Source: the human T2T-CHM13v2.0 reference genome, Homo sapiens | Direction: 5' to 3' (one strand) | Length of the DNA stretch: 64,000 nt | Assembly (NCBI RefSeq): GCF_009914755.1 | Contig: NC_060925.1 | Part shown: positions 24,401-36,400 of the stretch, piece by piece | Layout of the letters: each line of letters begins with the position of its first letter | Numbering within the stretch: position 1 is the stretch's first letter | Position numbers and translations under genes: made by a program | The notes under the pieces: model-generated | Database searches by the model: none | What the model was told of the DNA's origin: nothing | Seen by the model: only the letters and a program-made list of their open reading frames with translations

Positions 24401-27400
24401 GTGAGTTGAACTCAATGGTCACAAAGCGTTTCCTGGGAATGCTCCTGTCTCGCTTTTATGTGCAGTTATATCCTCTACTGCCACAGGCCTCAAAGCGGTC
24501 CAAATCTCCCCTTTCAGATTCTACCAAAAGTGTGTTTCCAAACGGCTCCATCAAAGGGAATGTTCAACTCGGTGACTTCAATGCAATCATCACAAAGCGG
24601 CTTCAGAGAATGCTTCCATGTAGCTTTGATGAGAAGATATTTCCTTTTCCTCCCCAGGCCTCGAAGCCCTCCAAATGTCCCCTTGCAGATGCTAGAAAGA
24701 GGGGGTTTCAAAGCTGCTCTATCAAAAGGAAAGTACAACTCTGTGAGTTGAATGCAAACATCACAAGGAAGTTCCTGAGCATGCTTCCGTTTAGCTTTAA
24801 CGGGAAGATTATCCCTTTTCCATCGAAATGTTCAAAGAGGTCCACATATCCGCTTGCAGATTCCACCGAAAGAGTGTTTCCAAACTGCTGCATCAAAAGG
24901 AATCCTCAGCTCCGTGAGTTGAGTGCGATCATCACCAAGAAGTTTCTGACAATGCGTCTCTCTAGTTTTTATGTGAAGATATTTCCTGTTCCACCACAGG
25001 CCTGAAAGCGCTCCAAATGTCCACTTGGAGGCTCTACGAAAAGAATGTTTCAAAACTGCTCTATGAAAAGCAATGTTATACTCTGGGAGTTGAACACAAG
25101 CCTCACAAAGGAGTTTCTGAGAATGCTTCTGTTTACTTTTTACGTGAGGATATTCCCGTTTCCAAAGAAGTCTTCACAGAGTTCCACCTATCCATTTGCA
25201 GATGCTAGCAAAACTAGAGAGTTTCAAAACTGCTCTATCAAAAGGAATGTTCAACTCTGTGAGTTGCATGCAATCATCACAGAGAGGTTTCTGAGAAGGC
25301 TTCTGTCTAGATTTTATGTGAAGATATAGCCGTTTCGAACGAAGGCCACAAAGTGCTCCAAATATCCACTGGCAGGTCCTCCAAAAAGAGTGTTTCAAAC
25401 GTGAACTACCAAAGGAAGGCTCAACTCTGGACTTTGAATGCCAACGTCAGAAAGATGTTTCTGCGAAAGCTTCTGTTTAGTTAGGTGACGTTATCCCGCT
25501 TCCAACGAAATCCTCAGAGAGGTCCAAATATTCACCTGCAGAGTCTCCAAAAGTGTGTTTCAAAACTGCTCCACCCAAAGGAATGTTCAGCTCTGTGAGT
25601 TGAACTCAATCATCCCAAAGTATTTTCTGAGAATGCTTCTGTCCAGTTTTTACATGAAGCTGTTTCGTTTACTACCATAGGCCTCAAAGCGTTCCAAATC
25701 TCCACTTGAAGATAGTACGAAAAGAGGGTTTCAACCTGAACTCACAAGGGAAGTTTCAACTCTGTCAGTTGAATGCCAACATCACAAAGAAGTTCTGAGA
25801 GTGTTCCTCTTCAGTTATGTGAGGTTTATCGCGTTTCCAACGAAATTCTCTGAGAAGTCCCAAAATCCACTTGCATATTCTACAAAAAGTGTGTTTTGAA
25901 AATGCGCCATCAAAAGATATGCTCAGCTCTGTGAGTTAAACTCCATCATCGTAAAGAATTTTCTGAGAATGCTTCTGTCTTGTTTTTAGATGAAGGTCTT
26001 TCCTTTACTACGATAGGCCTCAAAGAGTTCCAAATCTCCACTTGCAGATTCTGCAGGAGGAGTGTTTCAAACCTGAAATGTCAGAGAAAGGTTCAACACT
26101 GTGAGTTGAATGCAAGCATCACGAAGAAGGTTCTGAGAATGCTTCTGTTTACGTAGGTGAGTTCTCTCCCGTATCCAACGAAATCCTCAGAGGGGTCCAA
26201 ATCTCCTCTTGCAGATTCTACACAAAGTGTGTTTGGAAACTGCTCCATCCAAAGGAATGTTCAGCTCTGTGAGTTGCACTCAATCGTCACAAATTGTTTC
26301 CTGGGAATGCTCCTGTCTCGTTTTTATGTGCAGTTATATCCTCTACTGTCATGTGCCTCAGAGCGGTCCAAATCTCCCCTTTCAGATTCTAACAAAAGTG
26401 TGTTTCCAAACGGCTCCATCAAGGGGAATGTTCAACTCGGTGACTTGAATGCAATCTTCACAAAGCAGCTTCTGAGAATGTTCCATGTAGCTTTGATGAG
26501 AAGATATTTCCTTTTCCTCCCCAGGCCTCGAAGCCCTCCAAATGTCCCCGTGCAGATGCTAGAAAGAGAGGGTTTCAAGGCTGCTCAATGAAAAGGAAAG
26601 TACAACTCTGTGAGTTGAATGCAAACATCACAAAAAGTTCCTGAGCATGCTGCCGTTTAGCTATTACGGGAAGATTATCCCTTTTCCAACGAAATGTTCA
26701 AAGAGGTCCACATATCCGCTTGCAGATTCCACAGAAAGAGTGGTTCCAAACTGCTGCATCAAAAGGAATCCTCACCTCCGTGAGTTGAATGCAATCATCA
26801 CCAAGAAGTTTCTGACAATGCTTCTCTCTAGTTTTTATGTGAAGATATTTCCTTTTCCACCACAGGCCTGAAAGCACTCCAAATGTCCACTTGGAGGCTC
26901 TACGAAAAGAATGTTTCAAAACTGCTCTATGAAAAGCAATATTATACTCTGCGAGTTGAACACAAGCCTCACAAAGGAGTTTCTGAGAATGCTTCTGTTT
27001 ACTTTTTACGTGAGGATATTCCCGTTTCCAAAGAAGTCTTCACAGAGTTCCACCTACCCATTTGCAGATGCTAGCAAAAGAGAGTTTCAAAACTGCTCTA
27101 TCAAAAGGAATGTTCAACTCTGTGAGTTGCATGCAATCATCACAGAGAAGTTTCTGAGAAGGCTTCTGTCTAGATTTTATGTGAAGATATAGCCGTTTCG
27201 AACGAAGGCCACAAAGTGCTCCAAATATCCACTTGCAGGTCCTCCAAAAAGAGTGTTTCAAACGTGAACTACCAAAGGAAGGCTCAACTCTGGACTTTGA
27301 ATGCCAACGTCAGAAAGATGTTTCTGCGAAAGCTTCTGTTTAGTTAGGTGACGTTATCCCGCTTCCAACGAAATCCTCAGAGAGGTCCAAATATCCACCT

Positions 27401-30400
27401 GCAGAGTCTCCAAAAGTGTGTTTCAAAACTGCTCCACCCAAAGGAATGTTCAGCTCTGTGAGTTGAACTCAATCATCCCAAAGTATTTTCTGAGAATGCT
27501 TCTGTCCAGTTTTTACATGAAGCTGTTTCGTTTACTACCATAGGCCTCAAAGCATTCCAAATCTCCACTTGAAGATAGTACGAAAAGAGCGTTTCAACCT
27601 GAACTCACAAGGGAAGGTTCAACTCTGTCAGTTGAATGCCAACATCACAAAGAAGTTCTGAGAGTGTTCCTCTTCAGTTATGTGAGGTTTATCCCGTTTC
27701 CAACGAAATTCTCTGAGAAGTCCCAAAATCCACTTGCATATTCTACAAAAGGTGTGTTTTGAAAATGCGCCATCAAAAGATATGCTCAGCTCTGTGAGTT
27801 AAACTCAATCATCGCAAAGAATTTTCTGAGAATGCTTCTGTCTTGTTTTTAGATGAAGGTCTTTCCTTTACTACGAAAGGCCTCAAAGAGTTCCAAATCT
27901 CCACTTGCAGATTCTGCAGGAGGAGTGTTTCAAACCTGAACTGTCAGAGAAAGGTTCAACACTGTGAGTTGAATGCAAGCATCACGAAGAAGGTTCTGAG
28001 AATGCTTCTGTTTGTGTAGGTGACTTCTCTCCCGTATCCAACGAAATCCTCATAGCGGTCCAAATCTCCACTTGCAGATTCTACACAAAGTGTGTTTGGA
28101 AACTGCTCCATCCAAAGGAATGTTCAGCTCTGTGAGTTGAACTCAAGCATCACAATGTGTTTCCTGGGAATGCTCCTGTCTCGTTTTTATGTGCAGTTAT
28201 ATCCTCTACTGCCATAGGCCTCAAAACGGTACAAATCTCCCCTTTCAGATTCTACCAAAAGTGTGTTTCCAAACGGCTCCATCAAAGGGAATGTTCAACT
28301 CGGTGACTTGAATGCAATCATCACAAAGCAGCTTCTGAGAATGCTTCCATGTAGCTTTGATGAGAAGATATTTCCTTTTCCTCCCCAGGCCTCGAAGCCC
28401 TCCAAATGTCCCCTTGCAGATGCTAGAAAGAGGGGGTTTCAAAGTAGCTCTATCCAAAGGAAAGTACATCTCTGTGAGTTGAATACAAACGTCACAAGGA
28501 AGTTCCTGAGCATGGTTCCGTTTAGCTTTTAAGGGAAGATTATTCCATTTCCATCGAAATGTTCAAAGAGGTCCGCATATCCGCTTGCAGATTCCACCGA
28601 AAGAGTGTTTCCAAACTGCTGCATCAAAAGGAATCCTCAGCTCCGTGAGTTGAATGCAATCATCACCAAGAAGTTTCTGACAATGCTTCTCTCTAGTTTT
28701 TATGTGAAGATATTTCCTTTTCCACCACAGGCCTGAAAGCGCTCCAAATGTCCACTTGGAGGCTCTACGAAAAGAATGTTTCAAAACTGCTCTATGAAAA
28801 GCAATATTATACTCTGCGAGTTGAACACAAGCCTCACAAAGGAGTTTCTGAGAATGCTTCTGTTTACTTTTTACGTGAGGATATTCCCGTTTCCAAAGAA
28901 GTCTTCACAGAGTTCCACCTACCCATTTGCAGATGCTAGCAAAAGAGAGTTTCAAAACTGCTCTATCAAAAGGAATGTTCAACTCTGTGAGTTGCATGCA
29001 ATCATCACAGAGAAGTTTCTGAGAAGGCTTCTGTCTAGATTTTATGTGAAGATATAGCCGTTTCGAACGAAGGCCACAAAGTGCTCCAAATATCCACTTG
29101 CAGGTCCTCCAAAAAGAGTGTTTCAAACGTGAACTACCAAAGGAAGGCTCAACTCTGGACTTTGAATGCCAACGTCAGAAAGATGTTTCTGCGAAAGCTT
29201 CTGTTTAGTTAGGTGACGTTATCCCGCTTCCAACGAAATCCTCAGAGAGGTCCAAATATCCACCTGCAGAGTCTCCAAAAGTGTGTTTCTAAACTGCTCC
29301 ACCCAAAGGAATGTTCAGCTCTGTGAGTTGAACTCAATCATCCCAAAGTATTTTCTGAGAATGCTTCTGTCCAGTTTTTACATGAAGCTGTTTCGTTTAC
29401 TACCATAGGCCTCAAAGCATTCCAAATCTCCACTTGAAGATAGTACGAAAAGAGCGTTTCAACCTGAACTCACAAGGGAAGGTTCAACTCTGTCAGTTGA
29501 ATGCCAACATCACAAAGAAGTTCTGAGAGTGTTCCTCTTCAGTTATGTGAGGTTTATCCCGTTTCCAACGAAATTCTCTGAGAAGTCCCAAAATCCACTT
29601 GCATATTCTACAAAAGGTGTGTTTTGAAAATGCGCCATCAAAAGATATGCTCAGCTCTGTGAGTTAAACTCAATCATCGCAAAGAATTTTCTGAGAATGC
29701 TTCTGTCTTGTTTTTAGATGAAGGTCTTTCCTTTACTACGAAAGGCCTCAAAGAGTTCCAAATCTCCACTTGCAGATTCTGCAGGAGGAGTGTTTCAAAC
29801 CTGAACTGTCAGAGAAAGGTTCAACACTGTGAGTTGAATGCAAGCATCACGAAGAAGGTTCTGAGAATGCTTCTGTTTGTGTAGGTGACTTCTCTCCCGT
29901 ATCCAACGAAATCCTCATAGCGGTCCAAATCTCCACTTGCAGATTCTACACAAAGTGTGTTTGGAAACTGCTCCATCCAAAGGAATGTTCAGCTCTGTGA
30001 GTTGAACTCAAGCATCACAATGTGTTTCCTGGGAATGCTCCTGTCTCGTTTTTATGTGCAGTTATATCCTCTACTGCCATAGGCCTCAAAACGGTACAAA
30101 TCTCCCCTTTCAGATTCTACCAAAAGTGTGTTTCCAAACGGCTCCATCAAAGGGAATGTTCAACTCGGTGACTTGAATGCAATCATCACAAAGCAGCTTC
30201 TGAGAATGCTTCCATGTAGCTTTGATGAGAAGATATTTCCTTTTCCTCCCCAGGCCTCGAAGCCCTCCAAATGTCCCCTTGCAGATGCTAGAAAGAGGGG
30301 GTTTCAAAGTAGCTCTATCCAAAGGAAAGTACATCTCTGTGAGTTGAATACAAACGTCACAAGGAAGTTCCTGAGCATGGTTCCGTTTAGCTTTTAAGGG

Positions 30401-33400
30401 AAGATTATTCCATTTCCATCGAAATGTTCAAAGAGGTCCGCATATCCGCTTGCAGATTCCACCGAAAGAGTGTTTCCAAACTGCTGCATCAAAAGGAATC
30501 CTCAGCTCCGTGAGTTGAATGCAATCATCACCAAGAAGTTTCTGACAATGCTTCTCTCTAGTTTTTATGTGAAGATATTTCCTTTTCCACCACAGGCCTG
30601 AAAGCGCTCCAAATGTCCACTTGGAGGCTCTATGAAAAGAATGTTTCAAAACTGCTCTATGAAAAGCAATGTTATACTCTGGGAGTTGAAGACAAGCCTC
30701 ACAAAGGAGTTTCTGAGAATGCTTCGGTTTACTTTCTACGTGAGGATATTCCCGTTTCCAAAGAAGTCTTCACAGAGTTTCACCTATCCATTTGCAGATG
30801 CTATCAAAAGAGAGTTTCAAAACTGCTCTATCAAAAGGAATGTCCAACTCTGTGAGTTGCGTGCAATCATCACAGAGAAGTTTCTGAGAAGGCTTCTGTC
30901 TAGATTTTATGTGAAGATATAGCCGTTTCGAACGAAGGCCAAAAAGTGCTCCAAATAGCCACTTGCAGGTCCTCCAAAAGAGTGTTTCAAACGTGAACAA
31001 CCAAAGGAAGGCTCAACTCTGGACTTTGAATGCCAATGTGAGAGAGATTTTTCTGCAAAAGCTTCTGTTTAGTTAGGTGACGTTATCCGCTTCCAACGAA
31101 ATCCTCAGAGAGGTCCAAATATCCACCTGCAGAGTCTACAAAAAGTGTGTTTCAGAACTGCTCCACCCAAAGGAATGTTCAGCTCTGTGAGTTGAACTCA
31201 ATCATCCCAAAGTATTTTCTGAGAATGCTTCTGTCCAGTTTTTACATGAAGCTGTTTCCTTTACTACCGTAGGCCTCAAAGCGTTCCAAATCTCCACTTG
31301 CAGATACTACGAAAAGAGAGTTTCAACCTGATCTCACAAGGGAAGGTTCAACTCTGTCAGTTGAATGCCAACATCACCAAGAAGTTCTGAGAATGTTCCT
31401 CTTCAGTTAAGTGAGGTTTATCCCGTTTCCAACGAAATTCTCAGAGAAGTCCCAAAATCCACTTGCCTATTCTACAAAAGGTGTGCTTTGAAAATGAGCC
31501 ATCAAAAGATATGCTCAGCTCTGTGAGTTAAACTCAATCATCGCAAAGAATTTTCTGAGAATGCTTCTGTCTTCTTTTTAGATGAAGGTCTTTCCTTTAC
31601 TACGACAGGCCTCAAAGAGGTCCAAATCTCCACTTGCAGATTCTGCAGAAGGAGTGTTTCAAACCTGAACTATCAGAGAAAGGTTCAACACTGTGAGTTG
31701 AATGCAAGCATCACGAAGATGGTTCTGAGAATGCTTCTGTTTACGTAGGTGAGTTCTCTCCCGTATCCAACGAAATCCTCAGAGCGGTCCGAATCTCCAC
31801 TTGCAGATTCTACAAAAAGTGTGTTTGGAAACTGCTCCATCCAAAGGAATGTTCAGCTCTGTGAGTTGATCTCCATCGTCACAAAGTGTTTCCTGGGAAT
31901 GCCACTGTCTCGTTTTTATGTGCAGTTATGTCCTCTACTGCCATAGGCCTCAAAGCGGTCCAAATCTCCCCTTTCAGATTCTACCAAAAGTGTGTTTCCA
32001 AACGGCTCCTTCAAAGGGAAAGTTCAACTCGGTGACTTGAATGCAATCATCACAAAGCAGCTTCTGAGAATGCTTCCATGTAGCTTTGATGAGAAGATAT
32101 TTCCATTTCCACCCCGGGCCTCGAAGCCCTCCAAATGTCCCCTTGCAGATGCTAGAAAGAGAGGGTTTCAAAGCTGCTCTATCAAAAGGAAAGTACAACT
32201 CTGCGAGTTGAATGCAAACATCACAAAGAAGTTCCTGAGCATGCTTCCGTTTAGCTTTTATGGGAAGATTATCCCTTTTCCATCGAAATGTTCAAAGAGG
32301 TCCACATATCCGCTTGCAGATTCCACCGAAAGAGTGTTTCCAAACTGCTGCATCAAAAGGAATCCTCAGCTCCGTGAGTTGAATGCAATCATCACCAAGA
32401 AGTTTCTGACAATGCTTCTCTCTAGTTTTTATGTGAAGATATTTCCTTTTCCACCACAGGCCTGAAAGCGCTCCAAATGTCCACTTGGAGGCTCTACGAA
32501 AAGAATGTTTCAAAACTGCTCTATGAAAAGCAATATTATACTCTGCGAGTTGAACACAAGCCTCACAAAGGAGTTTCTGAGAATGCTTCTGTTTACTTTT
32601 TACGTGAGGATATTCCCGTTTCCAAAGAAGTCTTCACAGAGTTCCACCTACCCATTTGCAGATGCTAGCAAAAGAGAGTTTCAAAACTGCTCTATCAAAA
32701 GGAATGTTCAACTCTGTGAGTTGCATGCAATCATCACAGAGAAGTTTCTGAGAAGGCTTCTGTCTAGATTTTATGTGAAGATATAGCCGTTTCGAACGAA
32801 GGCCACAAAGTGCTCCAAATATCCACTTGCAGGTCCTCCAAAAAGAGTGTTTCAAACGTGAACTACCAAAGGAAGGCTCAACTCTGGACTTTGAATGCCA
32901 ACGTCAGAAAGATGTTTCTGCGAAAGCTTCTGTTTAGTTAGGTGACGTTATCCCGCTTCCAACGAAATCCTCAGAGAGGTCCAAATATCCACCTGCAGAG
33001 TCTCCAAAAGTGTGTTTCTAAACTGCTCCACCCAAAGGAATGTTCAGCTCTGTGAGTTGAACTCAATCATCCCAAAGTATTTTCTGAGAATGCTTCTGTC
33101 CAGTTTTTACATGAAGCTGTTTCGTTTACTACCATAGGCCTCAAAGCATTCCAAATCTCCACTTGAAGATAGTACGAAAAGAGCGTTTCAACCTGAACTC
33201 ACAAGGGAAGGTTCAACTCTGTCAGTTGAATGCCAACATCACAAAGAAGTTCTGAGAGTGTTCCTCTTCAGTTATGTGAGGTTTATCCCGTTTCCAACGA
33301 AATTCTCTGAGAAGTCCCAAAATCCACTTGCATATTCTACAAAAGGTGTGTTTTGAAAATGCGCCATCAAAAGATATGCTCAGCTCTGTGAGTTAAACTC

Positions 33401-36400
33401 AATCATCGCAAAGAATTTTCTGAGAATGCTTCTGTCTTGTTTTTAGATGAAGGTCTTTCCTTTACTACGAAAGGCCTCAAAGAGTTCCAAATCTCCACTT
33501 GCAGATTCTGCAGGAGGAGTGTTTCAAACCTGAACTGTCAGAGAAAGGTTCAACACTGTGAGTTGAATGCAAGCATCACGAAGAAGGTTCTGAGAATGCT
33601 TCTGTTTGTGTAGGTGACTTCTCTCCCGTATCCAACGAAATCCTCATAGCGGTCCAAATCTCCACTTGCAGATTCTACACAAAGTGTGTTTGGAAACTGC
33701 TCCATCCAAAGGAATGTTCAGCTCTGTGAGTTGAACTCAAGCATCACAATGTGTTTCCTGGGAATGCTCCTGTCTCGTTTTTATGTGCAGTTATATCCTC
33801 TACTGCCATAGGCCTCAAAACGGTACAAATCTCCCCTTTCAGATTCTACCAAAAGTGTGTTTCCAAACGGCTCCATCAAAGGGAATGTTCAACTCGGTGA
33901 CTTGAATGCAATCATCACAAAGCAGCTTCTGAGAATGCTTCCATGTAGCTTTGATGAGAAGATATTTCCTTTTCCTCCCCAGGCCTCGAAGCCCTCCAAA
34001 TGTCCCCTTGCAGATGCTAGAAAGAGGGGGTTTCAAAGTAGCTCTATCCAAAGGAAAGTACATCTCTGTGAGTTGAATACAAACGTCACAAGGAAGTTCC
34101 TGAGCATGGTTCCGTTTAGCTTTTAAGGGAAGATTATTCCATTTCCATCGAAATGTTCAAAGAGGTCCGCATATCCGCTTGCAGATTCCACCGAAAGAGT
34201 GTTTCCAAACTGCTGCATCAAAAGGAATCCTCAGCTCCGTGAGTTGAATGCAATCATCACCAAGAAGTTTCTGACAATGCTTCTCTCTAGTTTTTATGTG
34301 AAGATATTTCCTTTTCCACCACAGGCCTGAAAGCGCTCCAAATGTCCACTTGGAGGCTCTATGAAAAGAATGTTTCAAAACTGCTCTATGAAAAGCAATG
34401 TTATACTCTGGGAGTTGAAGACAAGCCTCACAAAGGAGTTTCTGAGAATGCTTCGGTTTACTTTCTACGTGAGGATATTCCCGTTTCCAAAGAAGTCTTC
34501 ACAGAGTTTCACCTATCCATTTGCAGATGCTATCAAAAGAGAGTTTCAAAACTGCTCTATCAAAAGGAATGTCCAACTCTGTGAGTTGCGTGCAATCATC
34601 ACAGAGAAGTTTCTGAGAAGGCTTCTGTCTAGATTTTATGTGAAGATATAGCCGTTTCGAACGAAGGCCAAAAAGTGCTCCAAATAGCCACTTGCAGGTC
34701 CTCCAAAAGAGTGTTTCAAACGTGAACAACCAAAGGAAGGCTCAACTCTGGACTTTGAATGCCAATGTGAGAGAGATTTTTCTGCAAAAGCTTCTGTTTA
34801 GTTAGGTGACGTTATCCGCTTCCAACGAAATCCTCAGAGAGGTCCAAATATCCACCTGCAGAGTCTACAAAAAGTGTGTTTCAGAACTGCTCCACCCAAA
34901 GGAATGTTCAGCTCTGTGAGTTGAACTCAATCATCCCAAAGTATTTTCTGAGAATGCTTCTGTCCAGTTTTTACATGAAGCTGTTTCCTTTACTACCGTA
35001 GGCCTCAAAGCGTTCCAAATCTCCACTTGCAGATACTACGAAAAGAGAGTTTCAACCTGATCTCACAAGGGAAGGTTCAACTCTGTCAGTTGAATGCCAA
35101 CATCACCAAGAAGTTCTGAGAATGTTCCTCTTCAGTTAAGTGAGGTTTATCCCGTTTCCAACGAAATTCTCAGAGAAGTCCCAAAATCCACTTGCCTATT
35201 CTACAAAAGGTGTGCTTTGAAAATGAGCCATCAAAAGATATGCTCAGCTCTGTGAGTTAAACTCAATCATCGCAAAGAATTTTCTGAGAATGCTTCTGTC
35301 TTCTTTTTAGATGAAGGTCTTTCCTTTACTACGACAGGCCTCAAAGAGGTCCAAATCTCCACTTGCAGATTCTGCAGAAGGAGTGTTTCAAACCTGAACT
35401 ATCAGAGAAAGGTTCAACACTGTGAGTTGAATGCAAGCATCACGAAGATGGTTCTGAGAATGCTTCTGTTTACGTAGGTGAGTTCTCTCCCGTATCCAAC
35501 GAAATCCTCAGAGCGGTCCGAATCTCCACTTGCAGATTCTACAAAAAGTGTGTTTGGAAACTGCTCCATCCAAAGGAATGTTCAGCTCTGTGAGTTGATC
35601 TCCATCGTCACAAAGTGTTTCCTGGGAATGCCACTGTCTCGTTTTTATGTGCAGTTATGTCCTCTACTGCCATAGGCCTCAAAGCGGTCCAAATCTCCCC
35701 TTTCAGATTCTACCAAAAGTGTGTTTCCAAACGGCTCCTTCAAAGGGAAAGTTCAACTCGGTGACTTGAATGCAATCATCACAAAGCAGCTTCTGAGAAT
35801 GCTTCCATGTAGCTTTGATGAGAAGATATTTCCATTTCCACCCCGGGCCTCGAAGCCCTCCAAATGTCCCCTTGCAGATGCTAGAAAGAGAGGGTTTCAA
35901 AGCTGCTCTATCAAAAGGAAAGTACAACTCTGCGAGTTGAATGCAAACATCACAAAGAAGTTCCTGAGCATGCTTCCGTTTAGCTTTTATGGGAAGATTA
36001 TCCCTTTTCCATCGAAATGTTCAAAGAGGTCCACATATCCGCTTGCAGATTCCACCGAAAGAGTGTTTCCAAACTGCTGCATCAAAAGGAATCCTCAGCT
36101 CCGTGAGTTGAATGCAATCATCACCAAGAAGTTTCTGACAATGCTTCTCTCTAGTTTTTATGTGAAGATATTTCCTTTTCCACCACAGGCCTGAAAGCGC
36201 TCCAAATGTCCACTTGGAGGCTCTACGAAAAGAATGTTTCAAAACTGCTCTATGAAAAGCAATGTTATACTCTGGGAGTTGAACACAAGTCTCACAAAGG
36301 AGTTTCTGAGAATGCTTCTGTTTACTTTTTACGTGAGGATATTCCCGTTTCCAAAGAAGTCTTCACAGAGTTCCACCTACCCATTTGCAGATGCTAGCAA

